The translations under genes were made by a program, and so were the position numbers. Positions 28,563-38,592 of a DNA stretch of 64,000 bases are shown here, one piece after another. Below the pieces are notes generated by a model. It saw nothing but the letters and a program-made list of their open reading frames with translations, was not told the DNA's origin and made no database searches. This stretch comes from an uncultured Chloroflexia bacterium (GTDB taxonomy: Bacteria > Chloroflexota > Dehalococcoidia > UBA2979), in the NCBI GenBank assembly GCA_963728205.1, contig CAVSIV010000006.1, positions 512,001 through 576,000 of the forward strand. The letters run 5' to 3'. Numbering within the stretch: position 1 is the stretch's first letter; each line of letters begins with the position of its first letter.

Positions 28563-29524
28563 CCGAGGTGCTGCTCCCCTCCGACGGCCGCTGGGAACGT
28601 CACGTGACGGTGCCGACGCCGACGCACGGCGGGCCGCCGCACGGCGGGCCGCCGCAGTCGCCGCCGATACGCGCGCTCGACGACTTCGTCGCCGAGGCCG
28701 GCGACCTGCGCCCGCTGCCCGAGGTGGCGCGCCGGCTGCTCGACGTCGTCGAGGAGGACGACTTCTCGCTGCAGGACCTCGCGATCATCGTGGGCGCCGA
28801 CCAGGCGCTGACCGCGAAGATCCTGCGCGTCGCCAACTCGCCCTTCCACCGGCACGCGCGGCAGATCGGCACGATCCGCGACGCCGTCGTGCTGCTCGGC
28901 TTCCGCACGGTGCGCTCGGCCGCGCTCGCCGCGTGCCTGATGCAGTCGACGCCGGTGCGCACGAACGTTCTCGACTACGGCGACTTCTGGCGCTACTCGG
29001 TGGCGGTCGGCCTGCTCGCGAAGATGATGGCCGGCCGCACGATCGCCGTGCGCGACATGGCGTTCACGGCCGGCGTGATGCACAGCCTCGGGCGGCTCGC
29101 GCTCGACCAGATGGATCCGCGCAACCTCGCGCGTGCCGCTGGCATCGCGCGCGAGCGCGGCATCCGCCTGGCCGACGCCGAGCGCATGGTGCTCGGCTTC
29201 ACCGAGGGCGAGCTCGGCGCGGCGCTGGCGACGCACTGGAGCTACCCGCCGGAGCTGATCGAGGCCATCGCGCTCGACGACGTCGCCGGCCCGGCGCCGG
29301 CCGGCGCGCTCGCACGCATCGTCCGCGACGCGCGGCGCGCGGCGCTCAGCGCGCACCTGCGCGACGGCCTCCCCACGCCGCCCGGCACCGGCCCCTGGGA
29401 CGAGATCGACGCGCCCGACGCGGTGCGCGAGCTGGTGCGCTTCGGCGGCATCGACGAGCTGTGGGCGCGCGTCGACGCGTTCCTCGAGGGCGTCTTCCCC
29501 GACGGCATGGTCCGCGCCGCGTAG
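28559..29524 (+). CDS. Stand-alone HDOD domain protein (second copy)
   Basis: LRPLP, DQALTAKILRVANS and AGVMHSLG motifs; GTGA overlap. Confidence 0.88.
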   Translation: MTEVLLPSDGRWERHVTVPTPTHGGPPHGGPPQSPPIRALDDFVAEAGDLRPLPEVARRLLDVVEEDDFSLQDLAIIVGADQALTAKILRVANSPFHRHARQIGTIRDAVVLLGFRTVRSAALAACLMQSTPVRTNVLDYGDFWRYSVAVGLLAKMMAGRTIAVRDMAFTAGVMHSLGRLALDQMDPRNLARAAGIARERGIRLADAERMVLGFTEGELGAALATHWSYPPELIEAIALDDVAGPAPAGALARIVRDARRAALSAHLRDGLPTPPGTGPWDEIDAPDAVRELVRFGGIDELWARVDAFLEGVFPDGMVRAA

Positions 29525-29598
29525 CGGGCTGCCGCGACCCGAGAGGCGGCCGCTGCACACGGCAGGCTCGGACGCCTGTCGCGCGCCGGGGCGCGGGG

Positions 29599-30417
29599 TT
29601 AGGCGCCGGCCTCGCGCAGCAGCGCGCGCAGCGGCTCGAACAGCGCCGGCGGCGCGGCGATCACGGGACCCGCGCCCGAGGCAGCGTCCAGCCGTCCCGT
29701 CAGCCCGCCGGCCTCCTGCACGATCACCTCGCCGGCGGCGACGTCCCACGGCTGCACGCCCGTCTCGAAGTACGCATCCAGCCGCCCGCAGGCCACCGCG
29801 CACAGATCCAGCGACGCCGACCCCGCGCGACGGATGTCGCGCACCCGGCCGATCACGCGCGTCAGCACCTCGGCCTGGCGACGCCGCTCGTCCGGGTCAT
29901 ACGCAAAGCCGGTCCCCACGAGCGCCGACGACAGCTCGGCGCGCGCCGACACGTGGATGCGCACGCCGTCGCGATACGCGCCGCGACCGTGCAGCGCCGT
30001 GAAGCGCTCGGCGCGCGGGACGTCGAACACGACGCCGAGCAGCGGCGCGTCCTCGAACGTCGCGCCGATGGACACCGCGAACGCGGGGAAGCCGTAGACG
30101 AAGTTCGTCGTGCCGTCGATCGGGTCGACGAGCCAGCGCACGCCGGAGCGCCCGTCGTGCGACGCGCCCTCTTCGCCGACGATCGCGTCGTCCGGCCGCG
30201 CGGCGCGCAGCCGGCCGAGCAGCAGCTGCTCGACCTCGCGGTCGACCGCGGTGACGAGGTCCGTGGGCGACGACTTCGTCGCGACGTCGTCGTTGCGGCC
30301 GCCGTTGCGGCGCCGGATCAGGTCGACGGCCTCCTCGGCGATCTCGACCGCGAGCGCGAGGAGTGGGTCGGGGTCGGGGGCGTCGGGGGTGTCGGGGGCG
30401 TCGGGGGCGTCGGCCAT
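29599..30417 (-). CDS. suhB: Inositol monophosphatase family protein
   Basis: DLVT, GEE, DPIDGTTNF and WDVAAG motifs. Confidence 0.9.
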   Translation of the reverse strand: MADAPDAPDTPDAPDPDPLLALAVEIAEEAVDLIRRRNGGRNDDVATKSSPTDLVTAVDREVEQLLLGRLRAARPDDAIVGEEGASHDGRSGVRWLVDPIDGTTNFVYGFPAFAVSIGATFEDAPLLGVVFDVPRAERFTALHGRGAYRDGVRIHVSARAELSSALVGTGFAYDPDERRRQAEVLTRVIGRVRDIRRAGSASLDLCAVACGRLDAYFETGVQPWDVAAGEVIVQEAGGLTGRLDAASGAGPVIAAPPALFEPLRALLREAGA

Positions 30418-30439
30418 GAGTTCCTCCGGCCCCGTGGCA

Positions 30440-30645
30440 AGCGGCGGCAGACACGCCGCCGATGCTCGGCCGGCCGCTGCCGGCCACCTGTCGGCGGCAT
30501 GTCTGCCGCCGCTGTGGATTCCCCACCTCGTCGGGCATGCGGACCACCTTAACCGCGTCCTCGTCCACAGCGGCGACAGACATGCCGCCGACCGACGGCC
30601 GGCGTGTGAGTCGACCGGTGTCGGCGGCATGTCTGCCGCCGCTGT
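30440..30645. repeat. Two REP family 1 inverted doublets
   Basis: GCGGCGGCAGACAYGCCGCCGA and its reverse complement, twice. Confidence 0.85.
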
Positions 30646-30691
30646 GGTGTTGTCGGTATCGGCCGCCGCCGCCAGCCGAGACGCGGTTCGG

Positions 30692-32539
30692 CTACACCTC
30701 CGCGGGCACCTTCACCATGTCGCGCGCGGCGGAGGCGATGTGCGACGCGTCGATGCCCGCCGCGGCGAGCAGCTCGTCCGGCGTGCCGGAGCCCGGCATC
30801 GACCGCACCGCGAGCTTGCGCACCTTCGCGCCGGCGCCGGCCTCGGCCAGCGCCTCGAGCACCGCGTCGCCGAGGCCGCCCTCCGGCCAGTGGTCCTCGG
30901 CCACCACGATGCGCCCGGTCTCGCGCGCCGCGGCCACGAGCGTCGCCTGGTCGATCGGCTTCACCGAGTAGGCGTCGATCACGCGCGCCGCGATGCCGTC
31001 GGCGGCGAGCTGCTCGGCGGCGGCGAGCGCCGCGTGCAGCGTGATGCCCGCACCGACCAGCGTCACCTCGTCGTTCGCCGACGAGCGCACGACCTTGCTG
31101 CCGCCCACCGGGAACGCCTCGTCGGCGTCGTAGATCACGCGCATGCCGGGGCGGCTCGTGCGCAGGTAGACGATGCCCTCGAGGTCCGGCATCTGCTCCA
31201 CGAGCTTCACCGTCTGGTTGCCGTCGCACGGGTAGAGCACCGTGCTGCCGTGCACCGCGCGCAGCATCGCCATGTCCTCGAGCGCCATCTGCGACGGCCC
31301 GTCCTCGCCGATCGACACGCCGGCGTGCGACCCGACGAGCGAGATGTTCGCGCGGCTCACCGCCGCCATGCGAATGAAGTCGTACGCGCGCGACATGAAC
31401 GACGCGAACGTCGAGGCGAACGGCTTCCAGCCGCGCACCTGCATGCCGACCGCCGCCGCGACCATCTGCTGCTCGGCGATGTACTGCTCGAAGAAGCGGT
31501 CGGGGTGCGCCTCCTTGAAGTCCTCGGCGTGCGTCGAGTTGCTGACCTCGCCGTCGAGCGCGACCACGTCGCCGCGCTGCGAGCCGAGCGCGGCGAGCGC
31601 CTCGCCGTACGCCTTGCGCGTCGCGATCGACTTGCCGATCTCGTACGCCGGCGACGGGGCGCCGTCCGCCGCGAAGACGTGCGGCTTCGCGCTGCCGTCG
31701 GGGACGTGCACGTCGACGTGGATGTCGCGCCGGCCCCCCAGCTCCGCGATCGCCTTCGCGGCGTCGGGCAGCGGCTTGCCGTGGAAGCCGTTCTTGTTCT
31801 CGACCTCGGCGACGCCCTTGCCCTTCACGGTGCGCGCGATGATCACCGTCGGCTGCTCGGTGATGCTCTCCGCCTCGTCGTAGGCGCGGTCGATCGCCTC
31901 GATGTCGTGGCCGTCAATCTCGATCGTGTGCCAGCCGAACGACTGGGCGTGCTTCGCGAAGGCGTCGAGGTCCCACTCGTACATCGTGGGTCCGCGCTGG
32001 CCGAGGCGGTTGACGTCGATGATCGCGGTGAGGTTGTTGAGCTTCCAGAAGCCGGCGTGCTCGAAGGCCTCCCACATCGAGCCCTCGGCCATCTCGCTGT
32101 CGCCGCAGAGGCACCACACGCGGTACGGCAGGCGGTCGAGGTGCTTGCCGGCGAGCGCGACGCCGACGGCGTTACCCAGCCCCTGGCCGAGCGAGCCGGT
32201 CGCGACGTCGACCCACGGAAGGACCGGCGTGGGGTGCCCCTCGAGGCGGCTGCCGAACTTGCGGTAGGTGAGGAACTCGTCCTCGTTCACGGCGCCGACG
32301 GCGCGGAAGATCGAGTAGAGCAGCGGCGAGGCGTGGCCCTTCGAGAAGATCAGGTGGTCGTTGTCGGGCCGGTCGGGGTGGGCGAAGTCGTAGCGCAGGT
32401 GCTTCGAGATGAGGACCGCCATGAGGTCGGCGGCCGACATCGACGACGTCGGGTGGCCCGACCCCGCCTCGTCCACGACGCGCACGGAGTCCACGCGCAG
32501 CATTTGCCCGATCTCACGCAGCTGGTCGACTTCGGTCAT
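30692..32539 (-). CDS. tkt: Transketolase (short, 615 aa type)
   Basis: SGHPTSSMS, SKGHA, TGSLGQG, GDSE and GEDGPSQ motifs. Confidence 0.95.
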   Translation of the reverse strand: MTEVDQLREIGQMLRVDSVRVVDEAGSGHPTSSMSAADLMAVLISKHLRYDFAHPDRPDNDHLIFSKGHASPLLYSIFRAVGAVNEDEFLTYRKFGSRLEGHPTPVLPWVDVATGSLGQGLGNAVGVALAGKHLDRLPYRVWCLCGDSEMAEGSMWEAFEHAGFWKLNNLTAIIDVNRLGQRGPTMYEWDLDAFAKHAQSFGWHTIEIDGHDIEAIDRAYDEAESITEQPTVIIARTVKGKGVAEVENKNGFHGKPLPDAAKAIAELGGRRDIHVDVHVPDGSAKPHVFAADGAPSPAYEIGKSIATRKAYGEALAALGSQRGDVVALDGEVSNSTHAEDFKEAHPDRFFEQYIAEQQMVAAAVGMQVRGWKPFASTFASFMSRAYDFIRMAAVSRANISLVGSHAGVSIGEDGPSQMALEDMAMLRAVHGSTVLYPCDGNQTVKLVEQMPDLEGIVYLRTSRPGMRVIYDADEAFPVGGSKVVRSSANDEVTLVGAGITLHAALAAAEQLAADGIAARVIDAYSVKPIDQATLVAAARETGRIVVAEDHWPEGGLGDAVLEALAEAGAGAKVRKLAVRSMPGSGTPDELLAAAGIDASHIASAARDMVKVPAEV

Positions 32540-32912
32540 GTGTATCCCTCGCTCGTTCGCGTGCTCGTGGGTGTACGTGGGGAGACTGCCGTCGAGACCG
32601 ACCGCGCGTGTGCGGTGGGAAGGCCGGACCTCGGCGCTCCCGCACCTTCCACGTTAGATCACGCGGGAAGTGTGACCGGGCGCGGCGATCTGCGCCAGCG
32701 GCGGAGGTCGGCTGAGGGCCGATATGCTGCGTTCGGGCGCGCTCCAGGCGCGCGGCAGGCTTCAGGCCTGCCGTGTGCAGTGGCCGCCTTCCGGCAGCCA
32801 CCCACAGCGGCGGCAGATATGCCGCCGACCGGTCGGCGGCATGTCTGCCGCCGCTTTGGGTTGGCCGCGATGCGCCTCGCCGGCGGGATGCGCCGGAGGA
32901 GGAGGAGATGCG

Positions 32913-33497
32913 ATGACCCCACCCTCGGACGCCGCCGCCCTCCCCGACGACGTTCGCGCCGTCGCGCAGCGGCTGCACGACGCGCCGGCGGTGGCGGCGC
33001 TCGCGGTGACCGGCGCGGGGGCGAGCGCGCTCGCATGGCTGCTCGCGGTGCCGGGCGCGTCGCGCACGCTGCTCGAGGGGCGCGTCCCGTACGCGCGCTC
33101 GGCGCTCGACGAGCTCCTGGGCGGCGAGCCGCCCGGCCCCGTGGTCTCGCGCGACACCTCGGTGGCGCTCGCCCGCGCCGCCCGGGAGCGAGCGGTCGCG
33201 CTCGGCCGGCGCGACCACGCGGCGGCAACCGCGATCGGCGTCGCGTGCACCGCGACCATCGCGACCGACCGCGAGAAGCGCGGCGAGCACCGCTGCTGGG
33301 TCGCCACCGCCGCCGGCGGCGACGTCGCGACGTACGGCCTCGTGCTGACGAAGGGCGCGCGCGACCGGGCCGGCGAGGAGGAGGTCGTCTCGCGCCTCGT
33401 GATCTACGCGCTCGCCGCCGCGGCGGACATGCCGGCCGCGCTGGACCTGCGGCTGCTCCCCGCCGAGCGGCTCGAGGTCGGGAGCGCGCCGGCGTGA
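32913..33497 (+). CDS. CinA C-terminal (PncC)-like protein
   Basis: VPGASRTLLEG..PY and VVS...ALA pattern; strong GGAGG SD. Confidence 0.65.
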   Translation: MTPPSDAAALPDDVRAVAQRLHDAPAVAALAVTGAGASALAWLLAVPGASRTLLEGRVPYARSALDELLGGEPPGPVVSRDTSVALARAARERAVALGRRDHAAATAIGVACTATIATDREKRGEHRCWVATAAGGDVATYGLVLTKGARDRAGEEEVVSRLVIYALAAAADMPAALDLRLLPAERLEVGSAPA

Positions 33498-34114
33498 ACG
33501 TCGACGAGGACCTGCTGCGCGGGCTGCTCGACGCCGACGCCGACGGCGCGCCGCGCAGCCTGACCGTGCACGGCGACGGCCGCGCGCTCGCCGACGAGCC
33601 CGTCGCGGGCGCGCTGCTGCCCGGCTCGTTCAACCCGCTGCACGACGGCCACCGCGGCCTCGCCGACGTCGCGTCGGACGCCGCCGGCCTGCCCGTCGCG
33701 TACGAGCTGTCGGTCGTCAACGTCGACAAGCCTCCGCTGGACCTGCCCGAGATCGAGCGCCGCCTCGCCGGCTTCGCCGGCGAGCGCTGGCCGCTCGTGC
33801 TCACGCGCGCGCCGACGTTCATCGCGAAGGCGCGCCTCTTCCCCGGCGTGACGTTCGTGATCGGCTGGGACACCGCGGTGCGGCTCGTCCACGCGCGCTA
33901 CTACGGCGACAGCGAGGCCGCGATGCGCGACGCGCTCGCCGAGATGCGCGACCGCGGCTGTCGCTTCCTCGTCGCCGGCCGCGCCGTCGACGGCCGCTTC
34001 CGCACCCTCGCGGAGGCGGGCATCCCGGGCGCGTTCGCGGAGGCGTTCGCGGAGATCCCCGAGTCGCGCTTCCGCAGCGACCTCTCGTCGACGGCGATCC
34101 GCGAGCGCGGATAG
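33494..34114 (+). CDS. HxGH nucleotidyltransferase (NadD-like)
   Basis: PGSFNPLHDGH, GWDT and C-terminal LSSTAIR; GTGA overlap. Confidence 0.8.
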   Translation: MNVDEDLLRGLLDADADGAPRSLTVHGDGRALADEPVAGALLPGSFNPLHDGHRGLADVASDAAGLPVAYELSVVNVDKPPLDLPEIERRLAGFAGERWPLVLTRAPTFIAKARLFPGVTFVIGWDTAVRLVHARYYGDSEAAMRDALAEMRDRGCRFLVAGRAVDGRFRTLAEAGIPGAFAEAFAEIPESRFRSDLSSTAIRERG

Positions 34115-34302
34115 GGCGCCCGAACCACAGCGGCGGCAGACATGCCGCCGACAGCAGCGCGACGCCGGCCGCACGGACTCTCGTCCGCAGTCTGTCGGCG
34201 GCATGTCTGCCGCCGCTGTGGTTCGGGCGCCGCACACGGCAGGCTTGGATGCCTGCCGCGCGCCCGCACGTATCCTGATCGCGCACCCGATGGGAGCCCG
34301 CC

Positions 34303-35361
34303 GTGGCCGTCTTCGAACGCATCGCCTCGACCGGCCACGAGCAGGTCGTCTTCGCCTCGGACCCCGCATCGGGCCTGCGCGCGATCATCGCGGTCCATTC
34401 GACGCTGCTCGGCCCCGCGCTCGGCGGCACGCGCTGGCACCCCTACCCGTCCGAGGACGCGGCGCTCGACGACGTCCTCCGCCTCTCCGCCGCGATGACG
34501 GCGAAGTCCGCCGTCGCCGGCCTCGACTTCGGCGGCGGCAAGGCCGTCGTGATCGGCGACCCCGCGCTGAAGAGCGAGGCGCAGCTGCGCGCATACGCGC
34601 GCGCCGTCGACGCACTCGGGGGGCACTACCTGACCACCACCGACGTCGGCACGACGACCGCCGAGATGGAGCGGCTGCGCGAGCACACCCGGTACGTTGT
34701 CGGCCTCTCGCCCGAGCACGGCGGCGGCGGCGACACGTCGCTGCTGACCGCCGAGACGGTGATCAGCGGCATGCGTGCCGCCATGCGGGTGGCCTTCGAC
34801 GACGAGTCGTTCGACGGCCGGCACGTCGTCGTGATCGGCACCGGGAAGGTCGGCGCGCAAGTCGCGCGGCACGCGGCGCAGGGCGGCGCGCGCGTGACGG
34901 TGGCCGACGTGCGCGCCGACGCGGCGCGCGCGCTCGCCGACGAGATCGGCGCGGAGGTCGCGCCGGTCGAGGGCGCGTACACGATCGCGTGCGACGTGCT
35001 CTCGCCGAACGCGCTCGGCAGCGTGCTGACGCGCGCGACGATCCCCGAGCTGCGCTGCCGCGTCGTCTGCGGCGGAGCGAACAACCAGCTCGAGGAGGAC
35101 CCGGACGGCGCGCGCCTGCTGGCGCAGCACCACGTCGTCTACGCGCCGGACTACGTCGTCAACTGCGGCGGCGTGATCAGCGCGGCGGTCGAGTGGGGCG
35201 GCTACGACGAGGCGCGCGCCCGCGCGCTCGCCGACCGCGTCTACGACACGACGCTCGCGATCCTCCGCGAGGCCGCGCAGGCCGGCATGTCGACGGCCGA
35301 GGCCGCCGCGCGCCACGTCGCGCGCCGGCTCGCCGAGGCGCGCGCCGCGCAGATGGCGTAG
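34303..35361 (+). CDS. Leu/Phe/Val dehydrogenase
   Basis: GPALGGTR, GGGKAV, GTGKVG, GGANNQL and PDYVVNCGG motifs. Confidence 0.93.
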   Translation: MAVFERIASTGHEQVVFASDPASGLRAIIAVHSTLLGPALGGTRWHPYPSEDAALDDVLRLSAAMTAKSAVAGLDFGGGKAVVIGDPALKSEAQLRAYARAVDALGGHYLTTTDVGTTTAEMERLREHTRYVVGLSPEHGGGGDTSLLTAETVISGMRAAMRVAFDDESFDGRHVVVIGTGKVGAQVARHAAQGGARVTVADVRADAARALADEIGAEVAPVEGAYTIACDVLSPNALGSVLTRATIPELRCRVVCGGANNQLEEDPDGARLLAQHHVVYAPDYVVNCGGVISAAVEWGGYDEARARALADRVYDTTLAILREAAQAGMSTAEAAARHVARRLAEARAAQMA

Positions 35362-35408
35362 CGCGCTCCGGTCGCAACCGCCGGCCGCCGACGCCGACGC
35401 GGGTCGCA

Positions 35409-35715
35409 AGCGGCGGCAGACACGCCGCCGATGTGGGGCGGCCCGACTGGCCGCCTCCCGGCGCGAGAGGTCGGCGCTGCACACGGCAGTCGACGGCCCC
35501 GGTGGGGCGCCGTGCACATCAACGGCACCCAAAGCGGCGGCAGATATGCCGCCGACAGGACGCGGACGCAGTCCGCGGCTGGCGCCGCGCTTCTGTCGGC
35601 GGCATATCTGCCGCCGCTTTGACGTTCCGGCGAGCCCCAAGCCAGCCGCGCGCCCGGTCGCATGAGCGCGGCCCGATGTGCCGCTACCGTATCGGCGGCG
35701 TGTCTGCCGCCGCTT
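35409..35715. repeat. REP cluster including an inverted composite element
   Basis: Four family 1 REP copies plus the composite flanks. Confidence 0.85.
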
Positions 35716-35744
35716 GCCACGCACTGGAACGGAGCGGAGACCTC

Positions 35745-37082
35745 ATGCACGACGACCTGCGCTCCGCCATCGACGACGACTTTGCGACGACGCGCGCGCA
35801 CCTCGAGCAGCACGTGCGCATCGCCTCCGTCTCCGCCGAGGGCCCGGACACCCCGGCGATACGCGAGTCTGCCGAGTTCGTGGCGACGCTGGCCGCGGAC
35901 GCGGGGCTGAGCGGCGCGCGCCTGCTCGAGTCGCCGGGCGCCCCGCCGGCCGTCTTCGCGGAGCTCCCCGCGCCGGCCGGCGCGCCGACCGTCCTCCTCT
36001 ACGCGCACCACGACGTCCAGCCGGCCGGCGACCCCGCGCTGTGGACGTCGCCGCCGTTCGGCCCCGTCGAGCGCGACGGCCGCCTCTTCGGCCGCGGCGC
36101 CTCGGACGACAAGGCCGGCATCGCCGCGCACGTCGCCGCGCTGCGCGCGCTCGGCGGCCGCTCGCCCGTCGGCGTGAAGCTCTTCGTCGAGGGCGAGGAG
36201 GAGCTGGGCTCGCCCCACCTGCCGGCGTTCCTCGAGCGCTACCGCGACGAGCTCGACGCCGACCTGATCGTGGTCGCCGACTCCGAGCACTGGCGCGTCG
36301 GCCGCCCCGCAATCACGACGTCGCTCCGCGGACTGGTCGACTGCACGGTCGAGCTCCGGGTGCTGCACGCCGGCGTGCACAGCGGCCAGTTCGGCGGGCC
36401 GATCCTCGACGCCGTCACGCTGCTCGCGCGCTTGCTCGCGACGCTGCACGACGACCGCGGACGCCCCGCCGTTGCCGGCCTCGTCGCCGGCGACGCCGAC
36501 CCGCTCGACCTCACCGAGGCGCAGCTGCGCGAGGAGGCGGGCGTGCTCGACGGCGTGGAGCTGGTGGGCGACGGCGCGCTGACGTCGCGCCTGTGGATGC
36601 GCCCGGCCATCGCCGTGCTCGCCTTCGACGCGCCGCGCGTCTCCGAGGCGATCAACCAGGTGGTGCCGGTCGCGCGCGCGAAGGTGAGCGTGCGGCTCGC
36701 GCCCGGCGACGAGCCGGCGCGGGCGATGCGGGCGCTGGTCGCGCACCTGGAGTCGCACGCGCCGTTCGGGGCGCGCGTCACGGTCACGCCGGGATCGTCC
36801 GCCGCGCCGTTCCGGCTCGAGCCCGCCGGCCGCGGCTACGACGCGATGCACGCGGCGATCGAGGAGGCCTGGGGCGTGGCGCCGGCGCATATCGGCGTCG
36901 GCGGCTCGATCCCGCTGGTCGCGGAGTTCAAGGTCGCCTACCCGCGTGCCGAGGTGCTGCTCACCGGCGTCGGCGAGCCCCGCAGCCACATCCACGGCCC
37001 GGACGAGAGCCAGGACCTCGGCGAGCTGCGGCGCAACTGCCTCGCGGAGGCGATCGCGCTGCGGCTGCTGGGGGAGGGTTGA
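35745..37082 (+). CDS. M20 family dipeptidase
   Basis: YAHHDVQP, GRGASDDK, EGEEE, GGSIP and HGPDES motifs. Confidence 0.92.
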   Translation: MHDDLRSAIDDDFATTRAHLEQHVRIASVSAEGPDTPAIRESAEFVATLAADAGLSGARLLESPGAPPAVFAELPAPAGAPTVLLYAHHDVQPAGDPALWTSPPFGPVERDGRLFGRGASDDKAGIAAHVAALRALGGRSPVGVKLFVEGEEELGSPHLPAFLERYRDELDADLIVVADSEHWRVGRPAITTSLRGLVDCTVELRVLHAGVHSGQFGGPILDAVTLLARLLATLHDDRGRPAVAGLVAGDADPLDLTEAQLREEAGVLDGVELVGDGALTSRLWMRPAIAVLAFDAPRVSEAINQVVPVARAKVSVRLAPGDEPARAMRALVAHLESHAPFGARVTVTPGSSAAPFRLEPAGRGYDAMHAAIEEAWGVAPAHIGVGGSIPLVAEFKVAYPRAEVLLTGVGEPRSHIHGPDESQDLGELRRNCLAEAIALRLLGEG

Positions 37083-37125
37083 GGCGCGCGGACTGACGTC
37101 CGCGTTCGCCCCGTCGCCGCTCGTC

Positions 37126-37250
37126 AAGCGGCGGCAGACATGCCGCCGACGCTACCGGCGGCCCTCGCCGCCGCTCTGTCGGCGGCCCTCGCCGCCGCTC
37201 TGTCGGCGGCTTCGCCGCCGCTCTGTCGGCGGCATGTCTGCCGCCGCTTT
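37126..37250. repeat. REP family 1 doublet enclosing degenerate 24-bp tandem units
   Basis: GTCGGCGGCCCTCGCCGCCGCTCT-like units between two REPs. Confidence 0.8.
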
Positions 37251-38588
37251 TCACATCAGCAGGTACGGCCGCTCCAGCAGCTCCCCCACCCGCCCCAGGA
37301 ACCGCGCGGACGGGCCGCCGTCGACCACGCGGTGGTCGAACGTCAGGCTCAGCGCCGTCACGCGCGCGCGCACCACGGCGTCGCCCTCGAACGCGGGCAC
37401 CTCGCGCACGCGGCCGACGCCGAGGATCGCGGACTGCGGCGGGTTCAGCACCGGCGTGAACGCGTCGACCACCGTGCCCTCGAGCGAGGTCACGGTGAAC
37501 GTCCCGCCGGTGACGTCGTCGGGCGAGAGGGCGCCGGACTTCGCGCGCTCGTTGAGGTCGGCGACGGAGCGCGCGACGTCCTGCAGCGACCGCGTGGCCG
37601 CGTCGCGCACGACCGGCACCATCAGGCCGTCGTCGAGGTGCACCGCGAAGCCGACGTGCGCGACGGGCTCGTGGACGATGCGATCGCCCTCGAGGCGCGC
37701 GTGCAGTGCCGGGTGCTCGCCGAGCGCGAGCGCGCAGGCGCGCACGACCAGCGCGGTGAACGTGACCGCCACGCGCTCGCCACGCCACTCGCGGTTGAGG
37801 CCGTGGAGCATGCGCATCGCCTCATCGACGCGGGTCTCGGACGACAGCGTGAGCTGCGCGGACGACTGCAGGCTCGCGTGCATGCGCTCGCCGATCGTGC
37901 GGCGACGGCCGGCATAGGGTGTCGACGCCGCGGCGGGCGCGGGGGCGGCTCGTCCTTCGACAGGCTCAGGACGAACGGACGGAGCCGGCGGCTCGACACC
38001 GGCGGGCTGGCGGCTCGCTGCTCGCCCACGGCGTGCGACTGCCGCTTCGATGTCGCGCTCGATGACGCGGCCGCCGGGGCCGGAGCCCGCGAGCGTCGCC
38101 AGGTCGATGCCGGCCTGGCGGGCGAGGCGTCGCGCGTAGGGGCTCGCGACGACGCGGGCGGCCGGCCCGTCGCCGGCCGGCGCCGCCGGCGACTCCGTCG
38201 CGTGCAGCGCCTCCGCCGACGCCGCGACGCTCGCCTCGGCCGCCGCATCGGCCGCCGGCTCCGCCGCCACCGGCGGCGGCTCGTCGGACCCCGCCGGCGC
38301 GCTCCACTGCCGCGCCACCGCCGACAGGATCGCCGGCGGCACGCCGTCGTCGCCCTCCGCGAGCAGGCAGCCCACGACCGCGCCCGGCTGCAGCCGCGTC
38401 CCCTCCTCGACCAGCCGCGCGAGCCGGCCCTCGCCGTCGGCCTCCACCTCCATCTCGACCTTCTCGGTCTCCATCTCGAACAGCGCCACGCCGCGCCCCA
38501 CGGCCGCGCCCTCCGCGACGAGCCAGCGCGTCAGCGTCGCCTCCTCCATCGTCATCCCGACCTTCGGCAGGTGGACCGCGACCGCCAC
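37251..38588 (-). CDS. Dihydrolipoamide acyltransferase (E2)
   Basis: Lipoyl domain ETEK, ASPYARRLA...GSGPGGR E3-binding domain, FDHRVVDG. Confidence 0.93.
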   Translation of the reverse strand: MAVAVHLPKVGMTMEEATLTRWLVAEGAAVGRGVALFEMETEKVEMEVEADGEGRLARLVEEGTRLQPGAVVGCLLAEGDDGVPPAILSAVARQWSAPAGSDEPPPVAAEPAADAAAEASVAASAEALHATESPAAPAGDGPAARVVASPYARRLARQAGIDLATLAGSGPGGRVIERDIEAAVARRGRAASRQPAGVEPPAPSVRPEPVEGRAAPAPAAASTPYAGRRRTIGERMHASLQSSAQLTLSSETRVDEAMRMLHGLNREWRGERVAVTFTALVVRACALALGEHPALHARLEGDRIVHEPVAHVGFAVHLDDGLMVPVVRDAATRSLQDVARSVADLNERAKSGALSPDDVTGGTFTVTSLEGTVVDAFTPVLNPPQSAILGVGRVREVPAFEGDAVVRARVTALSLTFDHRVVDGGPSARFLGRVGELLERPYLLM

Positions 38589-38592
38589 CGCG

